The notes below the pieces were generated by a model, which saw nothing but the letters and a program-made list of their open reading frames with translations, had not been told where the DNA came from and did no database searches. Shown here one piece after another: positions 17,770 through 28,501 of a stretch of 64,000 nucleotides of DNA. The DNA comes from Bdellovibrionota bacterium FG-1. Its GTDB lineage: Bacteria; Bdellovibrionota; UBA1018. Made by a program: the position numbers and the translations under genes. The stretch lies in NCBI GenBank assembly GCA_051382295.1, contig JBBCAW010000012.1, forward strand, positions 161,983 to 225,982, given 5' to 3'. Position 1 is the stretch's first letter. Every line of letters starts with the position of its first letter.

Positions 17770-18696
17770 ATGAGTCGATACATGGGATTGCTGACACTAT
17801 GCGTTTTGGGTCTTTTGATGATGGGTTCAGGTGCGCAGGCCGCGCCGGATCTGGGGATTTCGAAGGATCCCGCACACGCTAAGTATGGCGATGTTCAATC
17901 GTTTATGAAGACGCTGGTGGCCAAGTATCCTCAAAATGTTAAATCCATTTTCGTGGGTGCCTCGGATAGTGGTCTGCCTATCGAAGGTCTTGCGATTGGG
18001 AACGGTCCGGTGAAAAACCTCGTGGTAGCCTCGCATCACGGCAATGAATATGGTTCGGTAGAGGTCGCGCGAGGGGTAGCGGCATCCTTGGCTGAAAGCC
18101 CAATCCAAGGTCAGACTGTTTATGTGGTTCCGGTGCTGAATATCGGAGGCTATAATGCCAAGGATCGTCGCGAGACGGCTGGTCATCAATCCTTTGATCC
18201 AAATCGTAATTATCCAGGACCTTGTGGGACGGAGGGTCCTTTTACGCTGAAATCGATTCAGTCCCTGGCAAGTTTTGTCGATCACGAGGGCATTGTTTCG
18301 TCAGCGACTCTTCATACGTTTTTTCCAGCGGTCGTTTATCCGTGGGGGATTTCGAGTCATGATCTTTCGACTCCTTATGATGATCTTTTTAAAGGCCTAG
18401 TGGAGTCGGCTACCGTAGAAAGCCACTACCAGACCGGTAATTCGACCGAAGTGATCTATTCAGCCGACGGAACCTACGAAGACTATGCTTTTTGGAAGCA
18501 CGGTATTTGGTCATTGCTCTTTGAACTAGGAAATTCACATTCACCCTCTTTGGCCGACGTGAACGAAATGGTGAAGGTCAATGTTCCTGGAATTCGGCGG
18601 ATGTTGGAGCAGGCACCACGAGTGAGGGCTGAAAAGCATGCTTTTACTGGGCGTTGTGACCGTTTGATGTCTTTGATGGATCGGCATGATGAATAG
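17770..18696 (+). CDS. M14 zinc carboxypeptidase, secreted
   Basis: HHGNE, VVPVLN, DPNRNY, TLHTF, FELG motifs. Confidence 0.88.
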   Translation: MSRYMGLLTLCVLGLLMMGSGAQAAPDLGISKDPAHAKYGDVQSFMKTLVAKYPQNVKSIFVGASDSGLPIEGLAIGNGPVKNLVVASHHGNEYGSVEVARGVAASLAESPIQGQTVYVVPVLNIGGYNAKDRRETAGHQSFDPNRNYPGPCGTEGPFTLKSIQSLASFVDHEGIVSSATLHTFFPAVVYPWGISSHDLSTPYDDLFKGLVESATVESHYQTGNSTEVIYSADGTYEDYAFWKHGIWSLLFELGNSHSPSLADVNEMVKVNVPGIRRMLEQAPRVRAEKHAFTGRCDRLMSLMDRHDE

Positions 18697-19888
18697 GCGT
18701 CCCCGGCACTAGCGCAAACAATAAGCTAATCGACATGAGCGCTATCGTGCTAGCTGCATAAAAAGGGACCTCGCTCCCAAAGCGGTCCCAAGCCCAGCCA
18801 AACGCTGTACTTGCAGGTAAAGCTGCTAGGCCTACGACCAGTCCAAAGGCGCCGTAGGCTCGGCCTCGGGTGGGGGCCGTCGAGAGATCTGCGACCCAGG
18901 CGCGCTCGACGCTTTCGGTGAAGCCAAAAAACAGCCCATAAACCGCAATCATCAGGGCCAATAACCAGGGCATTTTTTGAACCCAGGGGGAGCCGATAAT
19001 CGCATATGACAGGGCATAAATTGACCAACCCATGGCGATGAGGGTTCGACGGCCCATGCGGTCTGAAAGCGCGGCAGCAGGGATGGCCGTTAGGGCTGAA
19101 ACGAGATTGAAGAGGCCAATCATCCCCAGAATAGCAGGGAGACCGTAACCCAGTTCCCTGGCACGGAGTAGAATGAAGGCATCACTCGAGTTTGCTAAGC
19201 CAAATAGACCCACCACCAGGAGATATCGGCGAAAGGTGCCGCTGAGCCGAGCTGGGGAGGAATGAGTCTTGTCGGAGGGCGTTTTTAAAACTTCGCGGAC
19301 TCCAAATATTGAAAGTAAAACCGCGAGTAGGCCGGGAATGGCAAAAAGAATACAGAGCCAAATCCATGTTTTTTGCGTGAGCGCCACCTCTCCATGGCTT
19401 TGTGTCCAAACGCCAAAGGCAGTCACCCCGAGGAGAGCGCCCAGTGTGTCTAGGGCGCGATTGAGGCCAAAATTTCTACCGTGGCGGGAGGGCGATCCCG
19501 TGTTGGCAATGAGCGCATCCCGGGGGGCTGTTCGAACGCCTTTGCCCAAACGATCGCAAAAGCGCAAAAATGCCACCTCTGGCCAGCTTCCAGTGAGAGC
19601 AAGCAGCGGTCTTGCCAACGCAGAGAGGGCGTAGCCGAGGGTGATAAAGCCCTTTCGCTTTCCTAGACGATCTGAAAGCGCGCCAAAAACAGGTTTGAGC
19701 AAAGTTGCAGTCGAATCAGCAATTCCCTCGATCGCTCCGACCGCACTCATTGGGGCACCTAGAATTCCGGTCACGTAGAGTGGAACCAAACGGGCTAATA
19801 CTTCGCTCGCCAAATCGTTGCAGAGGCTGACTAGGCCTAGGTTGAGGACATTTCGTTCAGGAGGGTGAGAGGGCGAATATTTGGGCAT
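18644..19888 (-). CDS. MFS transporter
   Basis: GALSDRLGKRK, DRLGKGVRTAPRDALI, NSSDAFILLRA; about 12 TM segments. Confidence 0.93.
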   Translation of the reverse strand: MPKYSPSHPPERNVLNLGLVSLCNDLASEVLARLVPLYVTGILGAPMSAVGAIEGIADSTATLLKPVFGALSDRLGKRKGFITLGYALSALARPLLALTGSWPEVAFLRFCDRLGKGVRTAPRDALIANTGSPSRHGRNFGLNRALDTLGALLGVTAFGVWTQSHGEVALTQKTWIWLCILFAIPGLLAVLLSIFGVREVLKTPSDKTHSSPARLSGTFRRYLLVVGLFGLANSSDAFILLRARELGYGLPAILGMIGLFNLVSALTAIPAAALSDRMGRRTLIAMGWSIYALSYAIIGSPWVQKMPWLLALMIAVYGLFFGFTESVERAWVADLSTAPTRGRAYGAFGLVVGLAALPASTAFGWAWDRFGSEVPFYAASTIALMSISLLFALVPGTPIHHADPSKTSNGHNAQ

Positions 19889-19950
19889 GATTTGGCCTTT
19901 TCGTAGACATACTAAGGTGGTACATGGCACCCCGGGAGACTTACATAGAT

Positions 19951-21969
19951 ATGAGAACTTGGGGCGTTTCGGATTCTCTGAAGTTATACAACATTGAAAA
20001 CTGGGGTGACCAGTACTTCAGTATTAATCCTTCCGGAAATATGACAGTTCATCCGAAACGCGGTGAGGGACCCGGCATTGATATGATGACCGTGGTCGAG
20101 GATATTCGTTCTCATAATTTGGGCATGCCGATTGTCATTCGTTTTCAAGATATTATTCGGCATCGCGTGGTGGGGATCAATGAAGCATTCAGGAAGTCGA
20201 TCGCCGAATTTGGTTATAAGGGGCGTTACCAAGGCGTCTATCCGATTAAAGTTAACCAAATACGCGAAGTGGTTGAGGAAATTATTGACGCTGGGCGTCA
20301 GTATGACTTTGGTTTGGAAGCTGGCTCGAAGGCCGAGCTTGCCGCTGTTATTTCACAGCCGCTTTCTCCCCGTTCTTTGATTCTTTGTAATGGGTATAAG
20401 GATTACGCTTTTATTAAGACGGCAATGATGGGCGTTAAAATGGGCAAGCGCGTGATTGTGGTCATTGAGAAGCTTTCAGAGCTTTATCAAGTGATCGCAG
20501 TGGCGCGCGAATTGGGCGTGACTCCGGAGGTGGGTTTTCGTTGTAAGCTTTACACAAAGGGAAGCGGCAAATGGGAGTCCAGTGGGGGTGAGTTTGCCAA
20601 GTTTGGCCTGACGACTCCTGAAATTCTCCATGGCGTTAATGTGCTTCGTCGGGAAGGTTTGGAAGACAGCCTAAAATTACTCCATTTTCATATTGGATCC
20701 CAGATTACCAACATCAAGACGGTCAAAGATGCGGTCAAAGAAGGAACCCGTATTTACGCTAAACTCCGAAAAATGGGACTCAATTTGGAGTTTTTGGATT
20801 GTGGCGGCGGTCTCGGGGTGGATTACGATGGCTCTCGTACCAGTTTTGAGAGTTCCATCAACTACTCACTTCAAGAGTATGTCAGCGACGTCGTCTATTC
20901 GATCAAAGAGGTTTGTGAGGCCGAAGAAGTTCCGGAACCGAATATTGTTACCGAAAGTGGCCGTGCGCTGGTGGCGCATCATTCAGTTCTCGTCGTTAAT
21001 GTTTTCGGCAGTATTGAAGTCGGTGCGACCCCGATTAGCTTAGAAGAAACCTCGGACGAAGATGATGTCGTCAAGGAAATGCGTTACCTTTCGCAGCATT
21101 TGACTTCAAAAAATATTCTTGAGCATTATCATGATGCGGTTCAACGCAAAGAAGAAGCGCTCAGCATGTTCAAGTTGGGCTTTTTGTCGCTTGAGGACAA
21201 AGCCAAGGTCGAGCACATTTTTTGGCAGATTTGTAAGGTAATCCATAAAAATTCCGCTGGCCTCAAGTACGTGCCCGACGAAGTTGAAGCGCTCAAAAGG
21301 CATCTGGCCGACCAGTACCTTTGTAATTTTTCAATCTTTCAGTCGATGCCCGATCACTGGGCGATACAACATCTTTTTCCGATCGTGCCACTTCATCGAC
21401 ACGACGAAGAGCCAGGGCGTGAAGCGACCTTGGTTGACATCACTTGCGATTCAGATGGAAAGGTCAGTAAATTTATTGATCTTCGTGACATCAAAGATAC
21501 TCTCTCCCTGCATCAGCTCAAACAGGGAGAGGCTTATTATCTGGGATTCTTTTTAATGGGTGCCTATCAAGACATTATGGGAGATTTGCACAATCTTTTC
21601 GGGCGCGTGAACGAAGTTCATGTCTTTTTAGATGAGACCGAGCCTGGCGGCTATTATGTCGAAGAAGTGATCAAGGGAAATGATATTGCCGGGGTGCTTT
21701 CTTGGATTCAATATAGCGCCACCGATTTAGCCAAGCGGGTGAAAGAACAAATTGAAGTTCGCGTTCGTGAAGGTTTTATTAAGCCGCGTGAAGGTGTTGA
21801 TTTGCAGAACTTCTTTGAAGGCGTACTTCATGGATATACTTACGTGGACTATGAAAAGCAGTCCCAATTTTTAGAAGCTGCCGAAAGCGCGAGTCGTATT
21901 GCGGCGACGCCAGGAGACAGTGGTTCGGCGTTGCCCCCTCCATCGGACGGGTCAACGCTTCTCAGTTAA
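19951..21969 (+). CDS. speA: Biosynthetic arginine decarboxylase
   Basis: YPIKVNQ, GLEAGSKAEL, HFHIGSQI, GGGLGVDYDG, DITCDSDG, GAYQDIMGDLHNLFG. Confidence 0.98.
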   Translation: MRTWGVSDSLKLYNIENWGDQYFSINPSGNMTVHPKRGEGPGIDMMTVVEDIRSHNLGMPIVIRFQDIIRHRVVGINEAFRKSIAEFGYKGRYQGVYPIKVNQIREVVEEIIDAGRQYDFGLEAGSKAELAAVISQPLSPRSLILCNGYKDYAFIKTAMMGVKMGKRVIVVIEKLSELYQVIAVARELGVTPEVGFRCKLYTKGSGKWESSGGEFAKFGLTTPEILHGVNVLRREGLEDSLKLLHFHIGSQITNIKTVKDAVKEGTRIYAKLRKMGLNLEFLDCGGGLGVDYDGSRTSFESSINYSLQEYVSDVVYSIKEVCEAEEVPEPNIVTESGRALVAHHSVLVVNVFGSIEVGATPISLEETSDEDDVVKEMRYLSQHLTSKNILEHYHDAVQRKEEALSMFKLGFLSLEDKAKVEHIFWQICKVIHKNSAGLKYVPDEVEALKRHLADQYLCNFSIFQSMPDHWAIQHLFPIVPLHRHDEEPGREATLVDITCDSDGKVSKFIDLRDIKDTLSLHQLKQGEAYYLGFFLMGAYQDIMGDLHNLFGRVNEVHVFLDETEPGGYYVEEVIKGNDIAGVLSWIQYSATDLAKRVKEQIEVRVREGFIKPREGVDLQNFFEGVLHGYTYVDYEKQSQFLEAAESASRIAATPGDSGSALPPPSDGSTLLS

Positions 21970-22611
21970 TAAGCTTTTGCAGATTTTCGAAATTTCGATA
22001 GGGTGGTGTGCCCAATGGTTAGGAGCATGAGCGAGTAAGTCCTCGCGCTTTACGCTTGGATCCCAAAAGGCCGCCACGCTTCCAGATCCTGCTGCCCGAG
22101 CGGCTTGGATATCGACGGCCATATCTCCCACATAAAGAATTTCTGCGGGGTTGAGTCCCATTCGTTTACAGGCGAGCTGGATTCCCTCTGGATCAGGCTT
22201 GGGCATTGAGACATGGTCGTTTGCCACGACCGTGACAAAGGACTGGAGCAGTCCATGGTGTCCCAAAATCACCTCCGTCGTGTTCCAGCTGCGGCCTGTG
22301 ACTACTGAAATGGCTATTCCAGCTTCGGAGAGTGACTGCAATAGATCGCTGATCCCTGCGTGTAGGGGGACACGGTGGAGGTTCTGATCCAAGTAATTGC
22401 GGCAAGCAAGATAGGCTGCATCAGCCCGACTGTCGCCCAAGATTGCGGCGAAGATCTGCCTCTCGCCTGGGCCAAAATAGCTCATGATTTCAGACGGAGT
22501 GCGTCTAGTCCCCCCTTGGTTGATAAACCCATGATTAAACGCGTCAAAGGTGACGGCGAGGGAGTCAACGAGTGTACCATCTAAGTCAAAAACGATGCCT
22601 TTGAGTTTCAT
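21952..22611 (-). CDS. HAD-family hydrolase (phosphoglycolate phosphatase-like)
   Basis: FDLDGTLVDS, KPDPEG, YVGDMAVDIQAARAAG. Confidence 0.92.
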   Translation of the reverse strand: MKLKGIVFDLDGTLVDSLAVTFDAFNHGFINQGGTRRTPSEIMSYFGPGERQIFAAILGDSRADAAYLACRNYLDQNLHRVPLHAGISDLLQSLSEAGIAISVVTGRSWNTTEVILGHHGLLQSFVTVVANDHVSMPKPDPEGIQLACKRMGLNPAEILYVGDMAVDIQAARAAGSGSVAAFWDPSVKREDLLAHAPNHWAHHPIEISKICKSLLTEKR

Positions 22612-22660
22612 CAAGTCTTCCTGTAATGTGACGCCCACCGGCCCAGCCGAAGAGGTGTTT

Positions 22661-23983
22661 ATGCTTTTGAAGCAAATTCCGTCTTTTTTCAAGTCCCGTC
22701 GCGAAGCATTGATGAAGGCCCATCCTGGCGCGGTTTTTATTTTTCCTTCTTGCGACGAAATTTTACGCAATCCAGACGTTTCCTTTCCTTTCCGGCAAGA
22801 GAGTAATTTTTTCTATCTTTCCGGTTTTGAAGAGCCCGAATCTTTTTTTATTCTGGCTCCGGCAAAGTCGTCGTCCGGTGCGTCCCGCATGATTCTATTT
22901 GTTCGTCATCGCGATTTAGATAAGGAAATGTGGGAAGGCGAACGCTACGGAGTTGAGGGTGCGCTTCAAGTTTTTGGTGCTGATGAAGCCTATACGATTG
23001 ACCAGTTGGGTAGCAAGCTCCCAGAACTCATTCAAGGGGCCGATAAAGTTTATTATCGCCTGGGAGTTCATGAAACCCGGGATCGGCAAGTATTCGCGGC
23101 TCTCGAAACGGCTCGACGAAGCCAGGGGCGAAGCGGAAAGTCGCTGGCTCCCTTGCATGATCCCAATGAACTCATCGGTGAAATGCGGCTTTATAAGTCT
23201 CCGGAGGAAATGCAGATTATTCGTAAAGCCTGTCAAATTACGGCGCTGGCGCATAAAACTGCGATGAAAGAAGTTCGCCCAGGCATGAAGGAATATGAAG
23301 TCGAAGCGTTAATTGATTATGTTTTTCGAAAAAATGGGTGCCAGCGTGTCGGTTATGGCAGTATCGTTGCGGGCGGCGTAAATGCGGCTTGTCTGCATTA
23401 CCGAGCCAATAACGATACGCTTCGTGACAATGAGCTGCTTCTCATTGATGCCGGTGGCGAATTTGATTATTACACTTCAGATATTACTCGAACCTTTCCC
23501 GTTGGACGGTCGTTTACTCCCGGCCAAGGTCGTCTTTACGACCTGGTTCTGAAAGCACAAAAAGAATGTATCGCTTTGGCTAAGCCGGGCGTTCGCCTGA
23601 CGGATATTCATCAAAGAGCCGTCGAGGTCTTGACTCATGGGATGCTCTCATTGGGGCTTCTGAAGGGAAAGGCCGAAGAATTGATCAAAAGTGGTGGTTA
23701 TAAGCGTTTTTACCCACACAACACGGGTCATTGGCTAGGTGTGGATGTGCATGATGTTGGTCTTTATTCGCAAAACAGCGAGCCACGTAAACTTGAGCCT
23801 GGAATGGTCTTTACCATTGAACCCGGCTTTTATGTGCAACCCAACGACGCGCAGGTTCCGGCTGAGTATCACAATATCGGGATTCGGATCGAAGACGATA
23901 TCTTGATTACCGCGACGGGATGTGAAGTATTGACTGGCCAGGTTCCCAAGGATCGCGCCGAAATTGAGGCTCTTAAAATCTGA
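22661..23983 (+). CDS. pepP: Xaa-Pro aminopeptidase
   Basis: FRQESNFFYLSG, LIDAGGE..YYTSDITRT, GHWLGVDVHD, TIEPG, GIRIEDD. Confidence 0.96.
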   Translation: MLLKQIPSFFKSRREALMKAHPGAVFIFPSCDEILRNPDVSFPFRQESNFFYLSGFEEPESFFILAPAKSSSGASRMILFVRHRDLDKEMWEGERYGVEGALQVFGADEAYTIDQLGSKLPELIQGADKVYYRLGVHETRDRQVFAALETARRSQGRSGKSLAPLHDPNELIGEMRLYKSPEEMQIIRKACQITALAHKTAMKEVRPGMKEYEVEALIDYVFRKNGCQRVGYGSIVAGGVNAACLHYRANNDTLRDNELLLIDAGGEFDYYTSDITRTFPVGRSFTPGQGRLYDLVLKAQKECIALAKPGVRLTDIHQRAVEVLTHGMLSLGLLKGKAEELIKSGGYKRFYPHNTGHWLGVDVHDVGLYSQNSEPRKLEPGMVFTIEPGFYVQPNDAQVPAEYHNIGIRIEDDILITATGCEVLTGQVPKDRAEIEALKI

Positions 23984-24999
23984 TGCGGCTTGGCCCATTT
24001 GAGATCGACCATCCGTTTATTTTAGCACCCATGGCTGGAATCACTCATTCTCCTTTTCGACGACTGATGCGTCGGCGGGAAAGTGCTCTTGTTGTTTCAG
24101 AATTGGTTTCCGCAACTGGCCTTGAATATTCGAGCAAAAAGACTTTTGATCTTCTCAAGTTTGATGAGGAAGAGCGAGTCGTGGGGCTTCAGATTTTTGG
24201 CGAAGACATCGGGCACTTGGTGAGGGCATGCCAGGCCGTCGAGAAATTGGGTGCGGATTTTATTGACTTCAACCTGGGCTGTCCTGTGCCAAAAGTTGTT
24301 AAAAGGGGCGCAGGATCAGCTATGTGCCGCGATCCGATTGCCCTGGGTAAAACACTGGAAGCTATGGTTAAGAGTTGCAAGCTTCCTGTGACGATCAAGA
24401 TTCGTTCGGGCTGGGACGCTGAAAGTCGTAATGCGTTGGACGTCGTCAAGGCGGCGACTGCCGCAGGCATCGCCTGGGTGGCGATTCATGGCCGAACCCG
24501 AGCGCAGGGGTACAGTGGTGAGGCCGATTGGGAGTTTATTGGCGATATTAAGGCTAAAAGCTCAATTCCCATTATTGGAAACGGAGATGCTTCCACTCCT
24601 GAGGTTGCTGTTCGTCGAGCTCGGGATTATGGAGTGGATGCGGTCATGATTGGCAGGGGAGCGCTTCGAAATCCGTTCATTTTTGCACAAGCATCCGCCC
24701 TCTGGCGGGGCGAGAGTTATCTCCCTCCGGGCGCGGATGATTATGTCAGGGTCGTCGATGAACTCAGGGCGCTTCTGAGCGAGGTTTATTCTCCTCATGG
24801 CGCGATGATTCAAGCCCGTAAATTTCTGGCCTGGTATTCGGCTGGCTTTACGGGCTGTCATGAATTTAGAAGCAGAGTTTTTGCGACGCCCGAGCCCGAA
24901 GTCCTTTGGAGTGAGGCACGGAAATTTTTTGAAAATGGCGCTCGGCAACGTGATCAACTGTATTTACAGCAGCCCTTTTTGATGGGGGGGCATGGATAA
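23983..24999 (+). CDS. dusB: tRNA dihydrouridine synthase
   Basis: LAPMAG, NLGCP, TIKIRSGW, HGRTR, IGNGD, MIGRG. Confidence 0.93.
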   Translation: MRLGPFEIDHPFILAPMAGITHSPFRRLMRRRESALVVSELVSATGLEYSSKKTFDLLKFDEEERVVGLQIFGEDIGHLVRACQAVEKLGADFIDFNLGCPVPKVVKRGAGSAMCRDPIALGKTLEAMVKSCKLPVTIKIRSGWDAESRNALDVVKAATAAGIAWVAIHGRTRAQGYSGEADWEFIGDIKAKSSIPIIGNGDASTPEVAVRRARDYGVDAVMIGRGALRNPFIFAQASALWRGESYLPPGADDYVRVVDELRALLSEVYSPHGAMIQARKFLAWYSAGFTGCHEFRSRVFATPEPEVLWSEARKFFENGARQRDQLYLQQPFLMGGHG

Positions 25000-25048
25000 T
25001 TTTGCAATTGCTTCCCTCATGCTTCGCGCGCTAAGTTGACAGGTATCT

Positions 25049-25942
25049 ATGAAAAGCGCACTTCAAAAAAAATTCCATGAAACCTGCGTCGAAATTATTC
25101 GCAAAACTTCGACGGAACTTCCCAATGATATCATTGAAGCCCTTGAGAAAGGGCGAGCACATGAGGCTAGAGAGTCCCGCGCTGATTATGCTCTTGGCAT
25201 CATCGAAAAAAACATTGGCTTAGCTAAGGTGAAAAGTCAGCCCCTATGCCAGGATACGGGAACGATTTTATTTTTTGTTCATTATCCGCAAAAAATGGAT
25301 TTCGAAATCATCGCAAAAACCATTCGAAAGGCCGTGATAACGGCAACGAAAAAGGGGTATTTGCGGCAAAACAGTGTGGATAGCTTAACCGGTAAAAATA
25401 GTGGTACCAATGTCGGACCGGGGGCGCCTACGCTTCATATGGAACCGTGGAAGAAAGATTATTTTGATATTCGGCTTATGCTGAAGGGCGGAGGATGTGA
25501 AAACGTGGGGGCGCAGTATAGCCTACCGGATACTCGTCTAGGCGCAGGACGCGATCTCGCTGGAGTAAAGAAGTGCATTTTGGATGCGGTTCAACAAGCG
25601 CAGGGAAAAGGGTGCGGACCTGGTATTCTGGGCGTGACCATTGGCGGTGACCGAGGGGCAGGTTACGTATCGTCTAAAGAGCAATTTTTACGCAAGCTCG
25701 GTGATAAAAACCCCATGCCGATCCTGGCGCAGCTTGAGCAAGAATGCACCGACGGTGCTAATCAGCTCGGTATTGGCCCCATGGGTTTTGGTGGTAAGAC
25801 GACATTGCTGGGGGTCAAGGTGAATGCCTTGAATCGGTTGCCGGCTTCGTTTTTCGTGAGTGTGTCTTATATGTGCTGGGCGTTCAGGCGCCAGGGCGCG
25901 ATGGTCACCTCGAAATGTGAAATCAAAAAGTGGTTCTATTGA
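25049..25942 (+). CDS. Class I fumarate hydratase, alpha subunit
   Basis: PLCQDTG, KGGGCEN, GIGPMGFGG. Confidence 0.93.
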   Translation: MKSALQKKFHETCVEIIRKTSTELPNDIIEALEKGRAHEARESRADYALGIIEKNIGLAKVKSQPLCQDTGTILFFVHYPQKMDFEIIAKTIRKAVITATKKGYLRQNSVDSLTGKNSGTNVGPGAPTLHMEPWKKDYFDIRLMLKGGGCENVGAQYSLPDTRLGAGRDLAGVKKCILDAVQQAQGKGCGPGILGVTIGGDRGAGYVSSKEQFLRKLGDKNPMPILAQLEQECTDGANQLGIGPMGFGGKTTLLGVKVNALNRLPASFFVSVSYMCWAFRRQGAMVTSKCEIKKWFY

Positions 25943-25954
25943 AGGCAAAATAAC

Positions 25955-26539
25955 ATGATTAAACTTGAAGCACCGTTTACTGAAGAAAAGGTCCGCAATC
26001 TCAAGGTCGGCGATATGATCGAGATTTCAGGCGTTATTTTTACGGGTCGAGACGCCGTTCATAAATGGCTTCACGATGGAAATGAACCTCCCGTGAGTTT
26101 CAAAGATGCGATCATCTACCATTGTGGGCCAGTGGTTTTGAAGAAGGGTAAAAAGTGGGTTGTGACTGCGGCGGGGCCGACAACTTCCATTCGAGAAGAA
26201 CCCTACCAGGCAGGGATTATCGAGAAATTCGGTCTTCGTGCGGTGATTGGAAAAGGCGGAATGGGCGAAAAAACTCGTCAAGCCTGCCAAAAGTTCGGTT
26301 GTGTTTATCTTCATGCCATTGGTGGGGCGGCTCAGGTCCTCGCAGAAGCGATCAAAGAGGTCGAGAACGTTTACGGTTTTGAGCAATTCGGGAGTCCGGA
26401 GGCTATTTGGCAGCTTCGGGTTGAAAATTTCCCGGTTGTTGTGACGATCGATGCTCATGGACAATCGCTCCATCGTGATATTGAAGCGGAGAGTGCAAAG
26501 AATTTAGCGGGCCTTTTGGCACCCAAGGCTTCGGCCTAA
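25955..26539 (+). CDS. Class I fumarate hydratase, beta subunit
   Basis: TGRDAVHK, AGPTTSIR, IGKGGMG, EAIW, DAHG. Confidence 0.93.
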   Translation: MIKLEAPFTEEKVRNLKVGDMIEISGVIFTGRDAVHKWLHDGNEPPVSFKDAIIYHCGPVVLKKGKKWVVTAAGPTTSIREEPYQAGIIEKFGLRAVIGKGGMGEKTRQACQKFGCVYLHAIGGAAQVLAEAIKEVENVYGFEQFGSPEAIWQLRVENFPVVVTIDAHGQSLHRDIEAESAKNLAGLLAPKASA

Positions 26540-26554
26540 TGAGACCATGAGATC

Positions 26555-27367
26555 ATGAAGATTGGTGTCTTTGACTCGGGTGTGGGTGGGTTAACGGTAC
26601 TTTCAGAGCTATGTCGACGTTTTCCCGATGCTGAGTACGTTTATTTGGGTGACACCGCGAATGTACCTTACGGAACCAAAAGTACTGCGCAGGTTGAGCG
26701 ACTTTCTCGAGAGGGAGCCCGGAATCTCCGCGAACGTGGAGTCCAAGCGCTTGTGGTTGCCTGCAATACGGCATCGAGTCTTGCGCTTCCGGCTATTGTT
26801 GAGGAAATGGCAGGGATCCCTGTTTTTGGAGTCGTTCGGCCTGGGGCTGAGGCCCTACTCAACGCTTTGGCGTCTCAAGGTGCGGAAACGTCCGTTTTAA
26901 TTCTAGCGACCAGTGGGACAGTCAGGAGTCATGCCTACAGCCATATTCTGCGGGAACTTTTGTCGTCCAGGGCTCCTAAAAAAATACTTTTGCCGATCAT
27001 CGAGCAGGCTTGTCCTCTTTTGGTTCCGATGATCGAAGAGGGTTGGCTTGATCATCCGGTGCTTCATCAAACCATTCGCGAATATGTTGGTCTTCACCGA
27101 GCAGGTCATTCAGAAGGGATTGCATTGCTCGGCTGCACTCATTATCCGTGGATTCAGCCAGCCATTGAAAGGGCTCTTCCGGGTTGGAAGGTGATTAACT
27201 CAGCCAGTGCCGTAGCGGATGCTCTTGAACGTGCAAACATAGTCGATTCGTCAGAGTCCCTCATCCCAGGAGCACAGGGGCGGGCCAGGGTGGAATGCTT
27301 ATTTACTGATCCACAAGCGGTGCCCAGTTTTGCGCGGGGTTGGATTGAGGCCTTGGTGGGGGCTTGA
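26555..27367 (+). CDS. murI: Glutamate racemase
   Basis: DSGVGGLTV, PYGTKS, VACNTAS, LGCTHYP. Confidence 0.97.
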   Translation: MKIGVFDSGVGGLTVLSELCRRFPDAEYVYLGDTANVPYGTKSTAQVERLSREGARNLRERGVQALVVACNTASSLALPAIVEEMAGIPVFGVVRPGAEALLNALASQGAETSVLILATSGTVRSHAYSHILRELLSSRAPKKILLPIIEQACPLLVPMIEEGWLDHPVLHQTIREYVGLHRAGHSEGIALLGCTHYPWIQPAIERALPGWKVINSASAVADALERANIVDSSESLIPGAQGRARVECLFTDPQAVPSFARGWIEALVGA

Positions 27368-27368
27368 G

Positions 27369-27848
27369 CTAAGATTGGATGCGGTTTTCACGGCGTTTCT
27401 TGGCTTCATCAAAGCGTTGCTTCTCGTCTGGCGAGTCCAGTTTAAGGGGTGGGATAGGGGTTGGATGCCCGTCTTCGTCGAGAGCGACAAACGTGGTGTA
27501 GGCAGTGGCGGCGTGAACGAGCTCGCCCGTGAGTGGGTTTTCAGCATCGACGCGTACGCCTATTTCCATTGAGGTGCGGCCAGCGTAGTTGACCATGGCT
27601 TTGATGTGCACATAATGCCCGAGTTTTACGGGCGCAATAAAATGAAGCGCATCAATTGAAACAGTGACGACGACTCGTCGGGCATGTCTTCCTGCAGTCA
27701 TGGCCGCCGCAATATCAATCCAGCTCATGATCTTTCCGCCAAAAATTGTTCCAATCGCGTTGGTATCAGGCGGAAGTACGATTTCTGTCATAGTGATGGC
27801 CGAATCGCGCGGGGATTTTTTGGGCAGGGGGGGGGAGGTTTGTGACAT
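27369..27848 (-). CDS. Acyl-CoA thioesterase (hotdog fold)
   Basis: PPDTNAIGTIFGGKIMSWID, GRTSMEIGV, FVALD. Confidence 0.93.
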   Translation of the reverse strand: MSQTSPPLPKKSPRDSAITMTEIVLPPDTNAIGTIFGGKIMSWIDIAAAMTAGRHARRVVVTVSIDALHFIAPVKLGHYVHIKAMVNYAGRTSMEIGVRVDAENPLTGELVHAATAYTTFVALDEDGHPTPIPPLKLDSPDEKQRFDEAKKRRENRIQS

Positions 27849-28043
27849 ACTTGAGTGTCTCCTGTGTTGATATACCATGGTAAAATCCTTTTGTGTCCTT
27901 TATGGGCTGCGCTTTTTTCGAGCGGCGGCCTAACCGTTTGAAATGAGGAAGATAAGTTCTGCTTCCCTGGGGTGACCATGAAGATAACGCCATGCATCTA
28001 TATAAGAAAAGCTAAGAATTTGATGTTTCTTAGTAAAATGAAC

Positions 28044-28114
28044 TTGCCGTTCAGAAAACGACCTTTCTATACTTGAGCCGGAGGCGATGAAGTTTTGTGT
28101 GCTTTAAAACTTCA
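28044..28114 (+). promoter_or_regulatory. Putative sigma70 promoter plus downstream 9-9-9 inverted repeat
   Basis: TTGCCG-18-TATACT; TGAAGTTTT-N9-AAAACTTCA at 28088-28114. Confidence 0.4.
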
Positions 28115-28149
28115 AAGGTCCTGCCAGTCGTTCAAATTATGGAGGGGAT

Positions 28150-28413
28150 ATGGAAGTCCTCAATGGTGAAAGTTTAATTCAACAAGTCGTTTCATTAACC
28201 GAGTTGCCCGAGATGATGGTTCATCAAGAGGTCACTGAGTTGCTTCAGTTTTCTGGGCATTCTCCAGAAACCCTTACGTTAGAGCAGCTTAGGGTTGCTA
28301 TGGTCGCCTACCTCGAGTCGATTCAGGCGAGTTTTGAGGCAGAGCAAGCGTCAAAAAATCAAGACTGTTTATTTGACGCTTCTGGGATTAAGACGTCGCA
28401 TTTTGCAAAATAA
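28150..28413 (+). CDS. Small acidic hypothetical protein
   Basis: GGAGG RBS, 87-aa helical ORF directly upstream of clpP. Confidence 0.7.
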   Translation: MEVLNGESLIQQVVSLTELPEMMVHQEVTELLQFSGHSPETLTLEQLRVAMVAYLESIQASFEAEQASKNQDCLFDASGIKTSHFAK

Positions 28414-28501
28414 TCCTACATGGCCCAGAGCAACAAAGGCAGGGGCCATGTATACTCATCGAAACCGCGACGCTTATCGCACCCAACCAGGAGGATTTCC
28501 G

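Noticed and set aside
22550..22770. Long divergent overlap of pepP and the HAD gene in the ORF track
   Set aside because: The likely starts (22661 and 22611) remove the overlap.
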